NCBI RefSeq assembly: GCF_964355755.1
Contig: NC_092679.1
Coordinates: 10,151,432 to 10,215,431 of the forward strand
Length of the DNA stretch: 64,000 nucleotides
Source: Antedon mediterranea
Lineage: Eukaryota > Animalia > Echinodermata
Direction: 5' to 3'
The first letter of the stretch is position 1. Each line of letters starts with the position of its first letter. Under the pieces are notes generated by a model. It ran no database searches. It was given only the letters and a program-made list of their open reading frames with translations, and had not been told where the DNA came from. A program made the translations under genes and the position numbers. Positions 25,427 to 37,069 of the stretch are shown here, one piece after another.

Positions 25427-28426
25427 TAATAGGAAATATTTTGACATCATCGTATGGCCATCCGAATATAAAATATAGGATTTTTGTATCTTTCGTCATA
25501 GCTTATCACATTTAATAGAGCGCATCTCCACTTATCCGTATTCCATTTTCTCCGAGATTTTAATATTGTGTAGGTCGAATCAACTATCTTTCGCATGAGT
25601 TAAAAATATTTTAATTATTATGACGTCATCATGCCTAAACATTTAAATTACGTGTGGCATTAATTTCATCTTTACAGAAAATTTTAATCTGTTATAGCTC
25701 GTAAGAATAAAATGTGATAATCACGATTAAAACGTTTTCTGGAAGCTATTGGATTGTAGATACAAAATCATGTAAAAATTTGGCAAATCGGATGTTGTGA
25801 CGTCATCATATGGCCAGTTAAATAAAAAAAGTTGTATTTTCATATTTTGCGTCATAGTTCATTACATTTAAAAGAGCGCGCATTAATATTTTACGTATTA
25901 AAATTTCTTCTACACGTTAATATGTTGGTGCTGTGATAATTTCCTTCCGAAATTGCTATATCAGTGTTTCATTTTCATACCGTCACCATGTTAAAAATTG
26001 GAATAAATGACGGGACCCGTAATTTCGCCTATCCTACACTGTATTAATATGTATACAGATTATACTATGCATACTGTAAATAGTATATGACACAAAATAT
26101 ACAGCATTTAGCACTAACAACATATTATACTCTTCAGTTCATGTCAATATGCCATAATCTTTTTCTGTGTCCAATGTATGACGTGCACGTGGCGTTTGTC
26201 GTGCGGATAACTAACTCGTCAAAGTGACGAGTTTCATGTCTAGTTAGTTATCCGCTTAATAGCGGATAACTCCTTGTAATCGTCCTGGATCTTTTTTTTT
26301 TTTTTCTTTATATTATTCTTCTTTCTTTCTCCTCCATTTTTGTGTCTCGCGTATCTCAAAAACTTGTACACATAACATTTCATAACTTTGTCATCATATG
26401 GACATTTACGTGAAGTTGTGCACCTCCTATTTTTTAATGACGTCAGAGTTGCGCAACGTGACTTACGCGCGATTTTATGAATTTCATTGATTGATCATAG
26501 GATAAAAAATAAAAGTCATTTTGTATTGATCATGACATTTTGAGCAGGTCAAAAATTCCCACGCGCGCGAACAATCTTACGCGCGTGGTCCGCATGTAGC
26601 GCTAAAAACATCTTTTTTGCGTGAATTATGTTTTTTCAGCCTTTTATAGTAATTTTATCAACTTTTAAAACAATTTAGACTTAAAATTACGTCATACGAG
26701 CACGTCGAATTGTACAATTTGTGCGTGTTTTTAATGAAAAAATTAAAAAATTCGTCAAAATTATGCCTTTTTTTAAACAATCATAGATTCTAAACTACGA
26801 GGTAAACTTTTTTTTACTTACATATTCTGGAAGGTGATTGAGTTGTAGATATCGGATCATTAATCAATATGGTTAACCGGACATTGTGACGTCATCGTAT
26901 GGCCACACGAATGTCAAATATATGATTTTTGTCTCTTTCGTTATTGCTCCTCACATTAAATGGAGCGCATCACCGTTATCTGTATTCCTTTTTCTCCGAG
27001 ATTTTAATATTGTCTAGGTCAATCAACTATCTTATGCATGTGTTAAAAATATTTATTTTTTATGACATCATCATGCCTAAAAATTTAAATTAGGTGTACA
27101 TACAGATTATACTGTGTACTTTAAAATGTATATACTATGACACAAAATAGACAGAATTTAGCACTAACAACATATCATATTCTTCAGTTCAGGTCATAAT
27201 GCCATAATCTTTTTCTGTGTGCAACATTCCAACGTATGACGTGCACGTGGCGTTTGTCGAGCGGATAACTAACTCGTCAAAGTGACGAGTTTCATGTCTA
27301 GTTCTTCTTTCTTTCCCGGATTTTTGTGTGTCGCATATCCCCTATTGCTTGTGAACATAACTTTGTATAACTTTGTCAAAAGATTGATCTGTAGCTGTAG
27401 ATGTGCAAGAAACTTCGTTATATGACGTTAGAGTCGCGCAGCGTAAGTTACGCGCGTTTTTAAGAATTTCAATGATTGGTCATAGATTATAAACCAAAAG
27501 TCATTTTTTATTGACACTTGGTGAAAATTTAAGTCATATCAAGGGCAAACTTTCTATGGATTAAAAATGGCATGTTTCACAAGAAGTTACGCGCGCACGC
27601 GCATTTAAAATTTCAAAATGCGCAAAATTAATTTCTAATCAACTTTCTACGCTGATCATGACATTTTGAACATGTGAAAAATTTCCACGCGCGCGTAAAA
27701 AATTACGCGTAAGGTGCGCACGGAGCATGAAAATCATGTTTTTTTCTCTTGAATTATGATTTTCCAACCTTTCCTAGTCATTTTAAAAAAGATTGACATG
27801 ATTTGAAATTAAAATGACGTCATACGAACACGTTGATTTATACCATTTTCGCGCGTTTTAGTTGAAAAAGTTACAAAATATTGTCAAAATTATGAATCAG
27901 GATCATCCACGACCCCCAATTTTTTAAATTTTATATGTAAGTAGATATGTTGTAGTAGATATGAATTCATGCAGAATCTTTACCCCTCGGATGTTATGAC
28001 GTCATCGTATGGCCACACAAATGTAAAATATAGAGTTTTTTACTCTTTCGTTATTGCTCATCACATTAAATAGAGCGCATCTCACTTTTACGTGCCCAAA
28101 ATTCTTCAAATTTGTTTTAATGTAATTATTTAGATAATTATCTTCTAAAATGGTTATCTTTATATGTCAATTTGATGATGTCATCGTGTTAATAATTGGA
28201 TGGGTCTCGTAATTTCGTCTATGCTACACTGTATATAACAGTTTATTCTGTAAAATACTGTAATATGATGTATGCTACATAATAGGTACAATTCAGCACT
28301 GTAAACATATTTATTTCATGTCAAAGGATGGCATAATAATTGTCGAGGTTCATATAGTTTAAAGTATGTGCATGTTGCGTTTGCGCGGATAACCCGAACT
28401 CGTCAAAGTGACGAATTAAATTCTAG
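25427..28426 (+). mobile_element. Three head-to-tail Helentron family A units
   Basis: Hairpin+CTAG 3' ends at 26240-26243, 27298-27301 and 28423-28426. Unit 2 begins directly with TTAGTTATCCGC...GCGGATAAC. Confidence 0.72.
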
Positions 28427-30050
28427 TTTTGTTATTATTGATGTTAACTAGAGCATCATTGATCATAGCCAAAAATGCTATGGGACCAATGATTGTGCCC
28501 TGGGGCACTCCACCCATCAACTCAATCCAATCAGAGTACGAATTTTTATATCGGACTCTTTGTTTTCTTTCCGTCAGGAAGTCCACCACCCACTGTACGA
28601 GTGGAGGAGGTGCCCCAAGTTCGAGTAGTTTTGTGACTGAGATTTGATGGTCAACTAACTCGAACGCCTTGGAAAAATCAGTTAGCACAAGTGTGCTAAT
28701 GTTTTTTGGCTTCTCTGCACCAGAAACTAGATGGTGGTAAATATCAATCAGACAGTGGGTGGTGGACAATCCTTTGCGGTTACCGAATTGTCTATAATCA
28801 ATCCGGGGATTAATTGCCTCAACAATCCATTTACAAACACGACCTTCAGCAATTTTTGCTAGGCACGGGGTCAAGGAAATCGGGCGTAACTTGTCAATTG
28901 ATGGTGGGGCCGTTTTAGGGAGTGGGATCACATTGGCTTCCTTCCATTGGGTGGGCACTTTGCTCTGCGTAAGGGATGCATTAACTATATTTGTCACTGG
29001 TTGACTTAGTTCGTATGCTACAACCTTTAATAAAAGTGGGGGTAAACCATCTGGGCCACCAGCCTTACAAGTGGAAAGTTTATTCATATCGTCAAATATC
29101 TCCCAAGGCTGGACCTGGGGAGGAGGCACTGGGCTAGGTAAATAGGCAGGGAGATCAGTTAAAACCAAAGGTTGTTGTGAGTTGGCGGCTATAACTAATT
29201 GCTTATTAATAGCAGCAGCTCCTACAAAATCTGTAGGTGCAATATCTGTCATTTGGATGGTAATATCAGATTTGTTCATGTTTGCTAAATACCTGACCTC
29301 TTTGTGCTATTTCCCAGGTTCAGTCCTTTGGAGTCTTCGAACTTTATTAATATTGTGTGAAGCCTTGGCTTTTTTAATTTGCTTAATAATTTCGTTTCTG
29401 AGGCTAGTCCTGGAGGTTTTATCATCCATGGTTTGTCCCTGTTATGTAATTTCACAGTTTTGGTTGGAAAAAAACTATCAACACCATGATTAACCGTTTG
29501 ATAAAAGGCGTCTGCCTTGGACTGAACATCAACAGCTTCATAAACATTAGACCAAGTTTGGTTTTGGATCCAATTACCAAATTCTCTTACTTTAGAGTCC
29601 TTAATGGGCTGGATGGTTTTCACATTTAAGATGTTTACACACTTAGAAATCTTGGGCAACCAACTGACACAGTTGTGGTCACTACGACCAATCGGAGAAC
29701 TAATATGGGGAGTATGGTATAACCCCGCAAAATCTGATATAATCAGATCAAGGATGGCGTTTTCCCTAGTTGGTGACTTAACCACCTGTGTTAATCCATT
29801 ACCCAAACATAAGGGTTTAGTATTAGTCCGGTTAAAATCTCCTAGAAGCACTAAACCAGCCTGTGGTTTAACAGTACGTAAATAATCGATAGTTTCTATT
29901 AAATGGGAGTTCAAAAGCTCTTGGTGCGGCGAATCCGGTGGTATATATATTGCACCTAATATAATGTACGGTAAACTTCTGGGTAACTTTGGGTGCGTAA
30001 TTAGTAGCCAAGTTACCTCTAATTCATTAGGCACGTTCACATCCTGTATA
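28427..30050 (-). mobile_element. CR1/L2-group LINE fragment (APE C-terminus and RT N-terminal half), frameshifted
   Basis: ORF 29285-30040 (LLGDFN, PTRENAILDL, SDHN) and ORF 28416-29279 (GPDG, LRPISLT, DFSKAF, GVPQGT). Related to 50790-53249. Confidence 0.88.
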
Positions 30051-31089
30051 GACTCCTGTATAGACTACGAAGTTTTAAGTAAGTTTGTCATCCGAAAATA
30101 GGCTGAAAACGCTGTTATTTCTGTTGTTGGTTACGCTTCGTTGCACGGCATTGTTTGTCATCGATCAAACGATCAAGATTCGTGAAAAATCTATCATGAC
30201 ATTACAAAAAAATTTCAGAAATTTGTCTGTCCAGCGTCAGCGTGTGACACACTGATATGACCCTTTGCCAATACATATATATAGTTATGTCTATGTATGC
30301 CTAACATGCATGTTAGGTGGAAGGCCAAACCGTTCGAATTCCCTGGCGAACTGGCCCGACGAGCGTCTCTAGTAGTAGTACAGTACAGAGTAGGCCTAGC
30401 CTAACTGATCGTCTGCTGCGCGCGGCCTTTGCAATGGTGGTAGACGTGGGCCATTATCGAACGGTCTTAAAATGTTAGGATTTACTGGTAGTACTCCTCT
30501 TCTAGGTCTATTTCTATATCCGCTACAAAATATTCCTCTTCACTATCCAATTTCCAAAATGATTATAAAAATAAGCACTCCTCCGTCGATCATGGAAAAA
30601 AAATGGCGTCGGGGTTTCTCTGTGTAGAGAGCGATCGTCCGCCGTGTGTAATTGATATTTTCACACATGCGCACTGTATCTACGTTTCTCCAGCTTTCCG
30701 ATGCAAAACGCTAGTAAATTTGCAGAAGATTGCCGTAACAACAGATTTTAAAACTCATTTTAAAAATTAATCGGTTGACAAAAAAAAAATATTTGTATCC
30801 GAAAATATTAAAAACATATTCATAAACAAAAATGCAAAGCAGATAAGCCAACGCTGTAATAGTATAGAGCCAATCTGCAAAAGACTGTGAATTACCCAAT
30901 TCTCCTAATGCAAATTTTTCTTTTAGTGACGTCACAAAAAGATTTTTTGTCACCGATTAGAGGGGGTCCCAGACGTCCATAACATTTAGCATAAAGGTGA
31001 CTGACATGTTTCTATGCGTAATTTCCGATAATGAAACTAACTCATTTTTTTTAACATCATTTCATATCCATTTTAACATTTTGCTTAAG

Positions 31090-32530
31090 GTACATTTCAC
31101 GATCTTCACCAGAGAGTTTTTCTCTTGCGTTCAAGTTGTCTACGCTCACGACGCGAGTCTTTTACATCATCAGTATACCATTTAGGTTGTCTGATCAGCT
31201 TCAGGGACCGTGATTTCTCTGGGCAATGTTTATCAAGTACTTCGCGAATAGAACTATTATATAACTCAGCTTGAGAATTGGGATCATTTGTCAGAAGAAT
31301 ACACTTCGTATGAAAGATTCCATGTCTAGGTCTTTAAACGATCTACGGGTGATAATTCTTCTTTCGGGACATGGTTTAAACCTATTGATACTACACTCTA
31401 TCATGTTATGATCAGATCCATATCTGCATGGTGATACAGTAATGGATGACTCGCATGTAATAAAGATCATCTTCTGGATGACAAATAACATGATCAAGCG
31501 TATTTCCACATTTATGCGTTGGGCTGTTAACGTACTGTTTCATGTTGTGTTCTGCCAAAGAAGTTAAAAATTGCGACACGTCTTGTTTTGTAGGATCATT
31601 AACATGAACATTCAGATCACCCATAATCAATGGTTTGCCAGGGAGTGTAGATACGACACCCAGGAAACTGTCAAAATCTTCACAAAAATTGATTATGTGT
31701 AAAGCCATTTTTCTTTGAGGGTGGTGGTCGATAGACTGCAATAAAACGAACAAACTTTGAGTTGTCAGTTATTGAAGCATGTTCAAAAGTGACGGTATCT
31801 ATTCCTGTAGGTGAAATACCTAGCTTCAGACTTGATTTGCTGATCATTGCAATACCGCCGTGTCTATCACCAGGTCTTGGAAAGTTTAAGAAAGAGTACC
31901 CTAATGGCGTACATTCACCAATAATAACAGGGTCTTCTTCAGACAACCAAGACTCTGTGATAGTCAAGACATCAACAGCTTTGTCGAGAATGTAGTCATA
32001 AATTGTTTGAGTTTTATTACCGATAGATTGTGCGTTCCAGAAGTGAACATCGAGATACTTTTTACTCTCCACTGTTATTTGCACAAGATTATTATAATTA
32101 ATGACGCGAAGTTCCAACTTCCTCTGAAAGCATACATCAGTTGTGTCAGAAAAGCGAGATGTCGTAAGGACTTTTATTTGTCGTCGCTTTTTCACGCCAG
32201 CTCTACATCCTCGTACGGTCTTTCTACAAATACCGAGGTCACTCAGTCGCTGCCATAATTGTTGACTAAACGATTGTGGTCTGTTTACTTGTTTGCCAAT
32301 ATTCTTGATTTCATTCAACGTGTAACGTACAAGTGACTTCATAATGAATGCAAGTCAGATGAGTTGAACCATTCACTCTGAGCAAGAAATGCCGATAATA
32401 CTGTATGCAATGAAAAACAGAGTTCGCAGAAAGTTCAGTTCAGCTAAAACAAAAGAATCAGCTGAGCATGAATAGACTTGAACAACAGGTCAGTCTAGGC
32501 TTGTCTGGAATCAAAGCAGGAGGCCTCAAA
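31090..32530 (-). mobile_element. L2/Crack-group LINE, 5' part (APE endonuclease), probably the same insertion as 22242-25426
   Basis: ORFs 31680-32342, 31412-31753 and 31291-31509: RGCRAG, WNAQS, ITESWL, YRPP, MGDLN, PTHKCGNTLDHV, SDH. Same strand and inside the same MULE arms as the 3' part. Confidence 0.82.
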
Positions 32531-32719
32531 CAGGCCTTAACTTAGCTAACTCGTACCTCAACCAACTCGTACCCACACCAACTTGTACATACCTAATTTT
32601 TAGGCCTACATTTTAACGGTAACGGGCACTGTATTTTCTTTATGATTTAAGCCGTAGGCCGCTTCTACATGTTACAATATTAGTAAGAAAACGTACACAG
32701 TAACCAGTTTCAATAATAA

Positions 32720-34211
32720 CTAGACATGTAACTCGTCATTTTGACGAGTTAGTTATCCGCACCACACAAACGCCACGCACACGTCATATGTTGGACTTTT
32801 GCACACAGAAAAAGATTATGACATGAACTGAAGAATATGATATGCTGTTTAGTGCTAAATTCTGTCAATTTTGTATTACTATCATATAGTAAATACAGTG
32901 CAAACGGCATAATCTGTATACATACATACAGTGTAGAATAGGTGAAATTACGGAACCCGCCATTTATTCCAATTGTTATATGGCGACGGTATCAAAATGA
33001 AAAACAACGATAGCAATTTCGGAAGGAAATTATCTCAGCAACAACATTAACTTGTAGAAGAAATTTGAATACATAAAATATAGATGCACGCTATTTTAAA
33101 TGTGATGAACTATGACGCAAAATATGAAAATACAACTTTTTATATTCAACTGGCCATATGATGACGTCAAAACATCTGATTGGCAAAATGTTAACATGAA
33201 TTCGTATCTGCAATCCAATAGCTTCCAGAAAACATTTTAATCATGATTATCACTTTTTATTCTAATGAGCTATAACAGATTGAAACTTACTGTAAAGATG
33301 AAAATAAATGACTCATGCGAAAGATAGTTCATTGACCTAGAAAATATCAAAATAGGGGTGAAAATGGAAAACAGATAAGTGGAGATGCGTTCTATTAAAT
33401 GTGATGCGCTCTATTAAATGTGATGCGCTATGATGAAAGATACAAAAATCCTATATTTTATATTTGGGTGGCCATACGATGACGTTACAATGTCCGGTTA
33501 ACCATATTAATACATGATCCGATATCTACAACTCACCAACTTCCAGAATATGCAATAAAAATAACTTTGACCGTTTAATTTAGAAACTACGGCTCTTTAA
33601 AAAAAGGTATAATTTAGACAAATTTGGACGAATTTTTGAACTTTTTCAAAAAAAATGCACGTAAATTATTCAATTTGACGTGCCCGTATGACGTAATTTT
33701 ATGTCAAAATTGTTTAAAGGTTGGTAAAATTACTAGAAAAGGCTGGAAAAGCATAAAAATTTGCGCACACGTGGGAATTTTTGACATGCTCAAAATAACA
33801 TGAAACGCGTAGAAAATTGATTAGAAATTGATTTTTTGCATTTATGAATTTTAAACGCGCAACTTCGTGTGCGACATGCCAATTTTTTAACACAGAAAGT
33901 TAGCACATGATAATTTATAAATTAAACTTTTGCTAAGTTTCAATTTAAAATTTTATATGGTTTTCGATCTATGTTAAATACGCGAAATTCATAAAAACGC
34001 CCGTAAGTCACGTTGCGCAACTCTGACGTCATTCAAAAATAGGAGGTGCACAACTTCATGTGAATGCGCATATGTTGACAAAGTTATGAAATGTTATGTT
34101 TTAGAGATACGCTCTGCACAAAAATTACAGAAAGAAAGAAGAATACAGAAAAAAAAAGATGATGAAACAGGACAGTTACAAGGAGTTATCTGCTCAATGC
34201 GGATAACTAAT
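32720..34211 (-). mobile_element. Helentron/HINE-like family A copy
   Basis: CTAG plus hairpin AACTCGTCA-ttt-TGACGAGTT plus GTTATCCGC at 32720-32760; terminal hairpin at 34185-34211. Splits the right MULE arm. Confidence 0.72.
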
Positions 34212-34654
34212 AAATAATAATCTAGCAGTCCTATTTCAAATGACCTACCTTCTGATTAATAATGGAATGATCCAAATGACCTACCAACCAATCATATGAT
34301 GATCTGAGTTTTCTAGTTCCATTTTGGAATTAGAAAACCCAGATATTGATATCTGTTTTTCTAGATCTAGAAAAGTCAGATATATCTGAGTTTTCTAGAT
34401 CTTAGTTTTCTAGACACCCTATATATTTTTTTTAAATATGTTTTTTGAGCCTCTTTTATAGTATAATTCCCTTATTTAGATTTTTTGTTTACTATTTATT
34501 AATACTGTAGTGCATTGTGTTTGATTTTGATTATCTCTCTAAGACAGTGGTGCCTAATTAACCATGCATAGCCATACCACTTTACTGAGATATAAGTTTT
34601 ACTAGGAAATAAACAATGCCAATGCCATGTATGCGATACAATAGAAGAAACAAA

Positions 34655-37008
34655 CTAGAATTTAATTCGTCACTTTGACGAATTATAGGTGATCATTTTT
34701 ATCGCTTTACTTACATTAATATTTTTTAAACATGCATGTACGTTAACATACAATAGGAAAATGTTGATGTATACCATCCTGTTATACGCTTACAGTGCTG
34801 AGTTGTGCCTATTATGTGTCATATACAATATGTACAGTATATACTGTATATCTATATACAGTGTAGCATAGGTGAAATTACGGGACCCACATCATGTTCA
34901 AATTTTTTGGTATGATGGAATTATCAAAATAAACTCGAAGATGACAATTTCGAAAGATAATGAATTGAGCAAATAAATATAAGGATTGGAAGATAATTTG
35001 AAACGTAGAAGCGCAATGCGCGCTCTTTGAAATTTGTATAACTTTGACTAAAGAAATTTAAAAACAACGTTATAACTTCAACTGGCCATATGATAACATC
35101 ACAACATCCGATAGGCTTAATTTTTATATGAATTCATATCTACATTTAATCAGCTTTCATAATAAATTATAATCTTCAAGGTCACCTTTAATTCTGAAGA
35201 GCTATAACATATTCAAATGTATGGTGTAGCTGAAATTACACGACCTTGGTTATTAAAGTTTTTACACATGATGACGTCATCAAAATAAAAATGTTGACAA
35301 CTGATGAGAAAGATAATTAATTGAGCAAGCACATACTAAAATTTCGGCGAAAATCGGGCTCAAATAACGGAGATGCGCTCTATTGAATGTGATAACCCAC
35401 ACAAAAAGATAAAAATTACTAATTTTTAAATTGAAGTGGCCATTTGATGACGTCATACCATTTTGTACGTCTAATGTGTACATGAATATGTATCTACAAC
35501 CCAATGGCTTCCCGAATAAGTTAAAAAAATTTGGGGTCACCTGCCATTCTGAAGAGTTATATTCATTTTAAGAAGGCCTTATTTTTCACCATTTTCAGCA
35601 CTTTGATGCAATTAATTTGCGCATTTTGTTATTTTTAACCTGCTCGTATAGCGTTATTTTAAGTCGGAACTGACTCAAATTTGGTGAATGTACTAAGGAT
35701 GGTGAGTAGAACGCAATTTGTATAAAAAAATTGCAATTTTTACGCTTTGTAAGTATCGCGCGCGCAAAATATTTTTTTTGCGCAGTAATTTTTTGAAACA
35801 CGCAAATGGCCTAATTCATGCTCTAAATTGATTAAAACGTAATTTTGAGCTTTTTAAATTTTTAATGCGCGATTCTACGCGCATGACCCTACGTGCGCGC
35901 GCGTTTTTACTTGCTAATATTTTTACCCTTGACCTGAAGTTTACGTGTAGTGAATTTCATAAATATGTGATAATGAATTATGGATATATGATTGATAATG
36001 TAATTTCACAAAATTGCGTATACGTGACGTCACGGGTGAGAGATCACGCTGAAAAGCTTATTATGGCTAAGTTAAAGTATTTGAAAGACATTGTGAAATT
36101 TTTGTGATCATTGCTATTCAACTTTTTGAGATATTTGATGAACAAAAAGTGTACAGAAAGAAGAATCCGATAGGCTTAATTTTGATATGAATTCATATCT
36201 ACATTTCATCAGCTTTCATAATAAATTATAATCTTCAAGGTCACCTTTAATTCTGAGGAGCTATAAGATATTCAAATGTATGGTGTAGCTGAAATTACAC
36301 GACCTAGGTTATTCAAGTTTTTACGCGTGATGACGTCATCACAATAAAAATGTTGACAACTCACGAGAAAGATAATTAATTGAGCAAGCACATACTAAAA
36401 TGTGTGCGAAAATCGGGCTCAAATAACGGAGATGCGCTCTATTGAATGTGATAACCCACACAAAAAAGATAAAAATTACTAATTTTTTAATTCAAGTGGC
36501 CATTTGATGACGTCATACCATTTTGTACGTCTAATATGTATATATATTTATATATTTTTTTAAACACGCAAATGGCCTATTTCATGCTCTAAATTGATAA
36601 AAACTAAATTTTGAGCTTTTTAAAATTTCAACGCGCGATTTCACGCGCATGACCTTGAAACGCCCGAGTTTTTATTTGCTAATATTTTTTACCTTGACCT
36701 CAAGTTTACGTGTAGTGATTTTCATTAATATGTGATAATGAATTATGGAGATATGATTGATAATGTGATTTCACAAAATGGCGTATACGTGACGTCACGG
36801 ATGAGTGATCACGCTGAAAAGCTTATTATGGTTAAGTTAAAGTACTTGAAAGACAATGTGAAATTTTGGTAATCATTGACATTAAACTTTTTGAGATATT
36901 TGTTACACAAATTTGTACAGAGAGAAATAAATAATAAGAATAAGAAGAAGAATAAAGATTTCATACAATAACAATAGGTGATCATTTTATTCTAAATGAT
37001 CACCTAAT
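34655..37008 (-). mobile_element. Helentron/HINE-like family B copy with an internal duplication
   Basis: CTAG plus hairpin AATTCGTCA-ctt-TGACGAATT plus AGGTGATCATTT; the far end is the hairpin TAGGTGATCATTT-tattct-AAATGATCACCTA. 35105-36150 is largely repeated at 36165-36920. Confidence 0.7.
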
Positions 37009-37069
37009 AATATTAACTTATGTAAATGTTTTTTGCTGGCTAAATTATCTATATTATTGTATATTTCAG

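Larger units (their letters stand above)
21787..34419. mobile_element. Mutator-like foldback element expanded to 12.6 kb by nested insertions
   Basis: GGGTGTCTAGAAAAC.../...GTTTTCTAGACACCC termini; 9-bp TSD TATATATTT at 21778-21786 and 34420-34428. Inner arm 22000-22110 is inverted at 32590-32700. Confidence 0.85.

Noticed and set aside
30070-31088. TTAA-flanked Kolobok or piggyBac element
   Set aside because: TTAA occurs at both ends but there is no convincing TIR, so the segment is left unassigned.
37033-37069. ORF-track start (TTG) of the 919-aa zinc-finger ORF as the true N-terminus
   Set aside because: It is a non-ATG start inside a T-rich tract ending in TTTCAG, which fits better as intron sequence before the acceptor at 37069.
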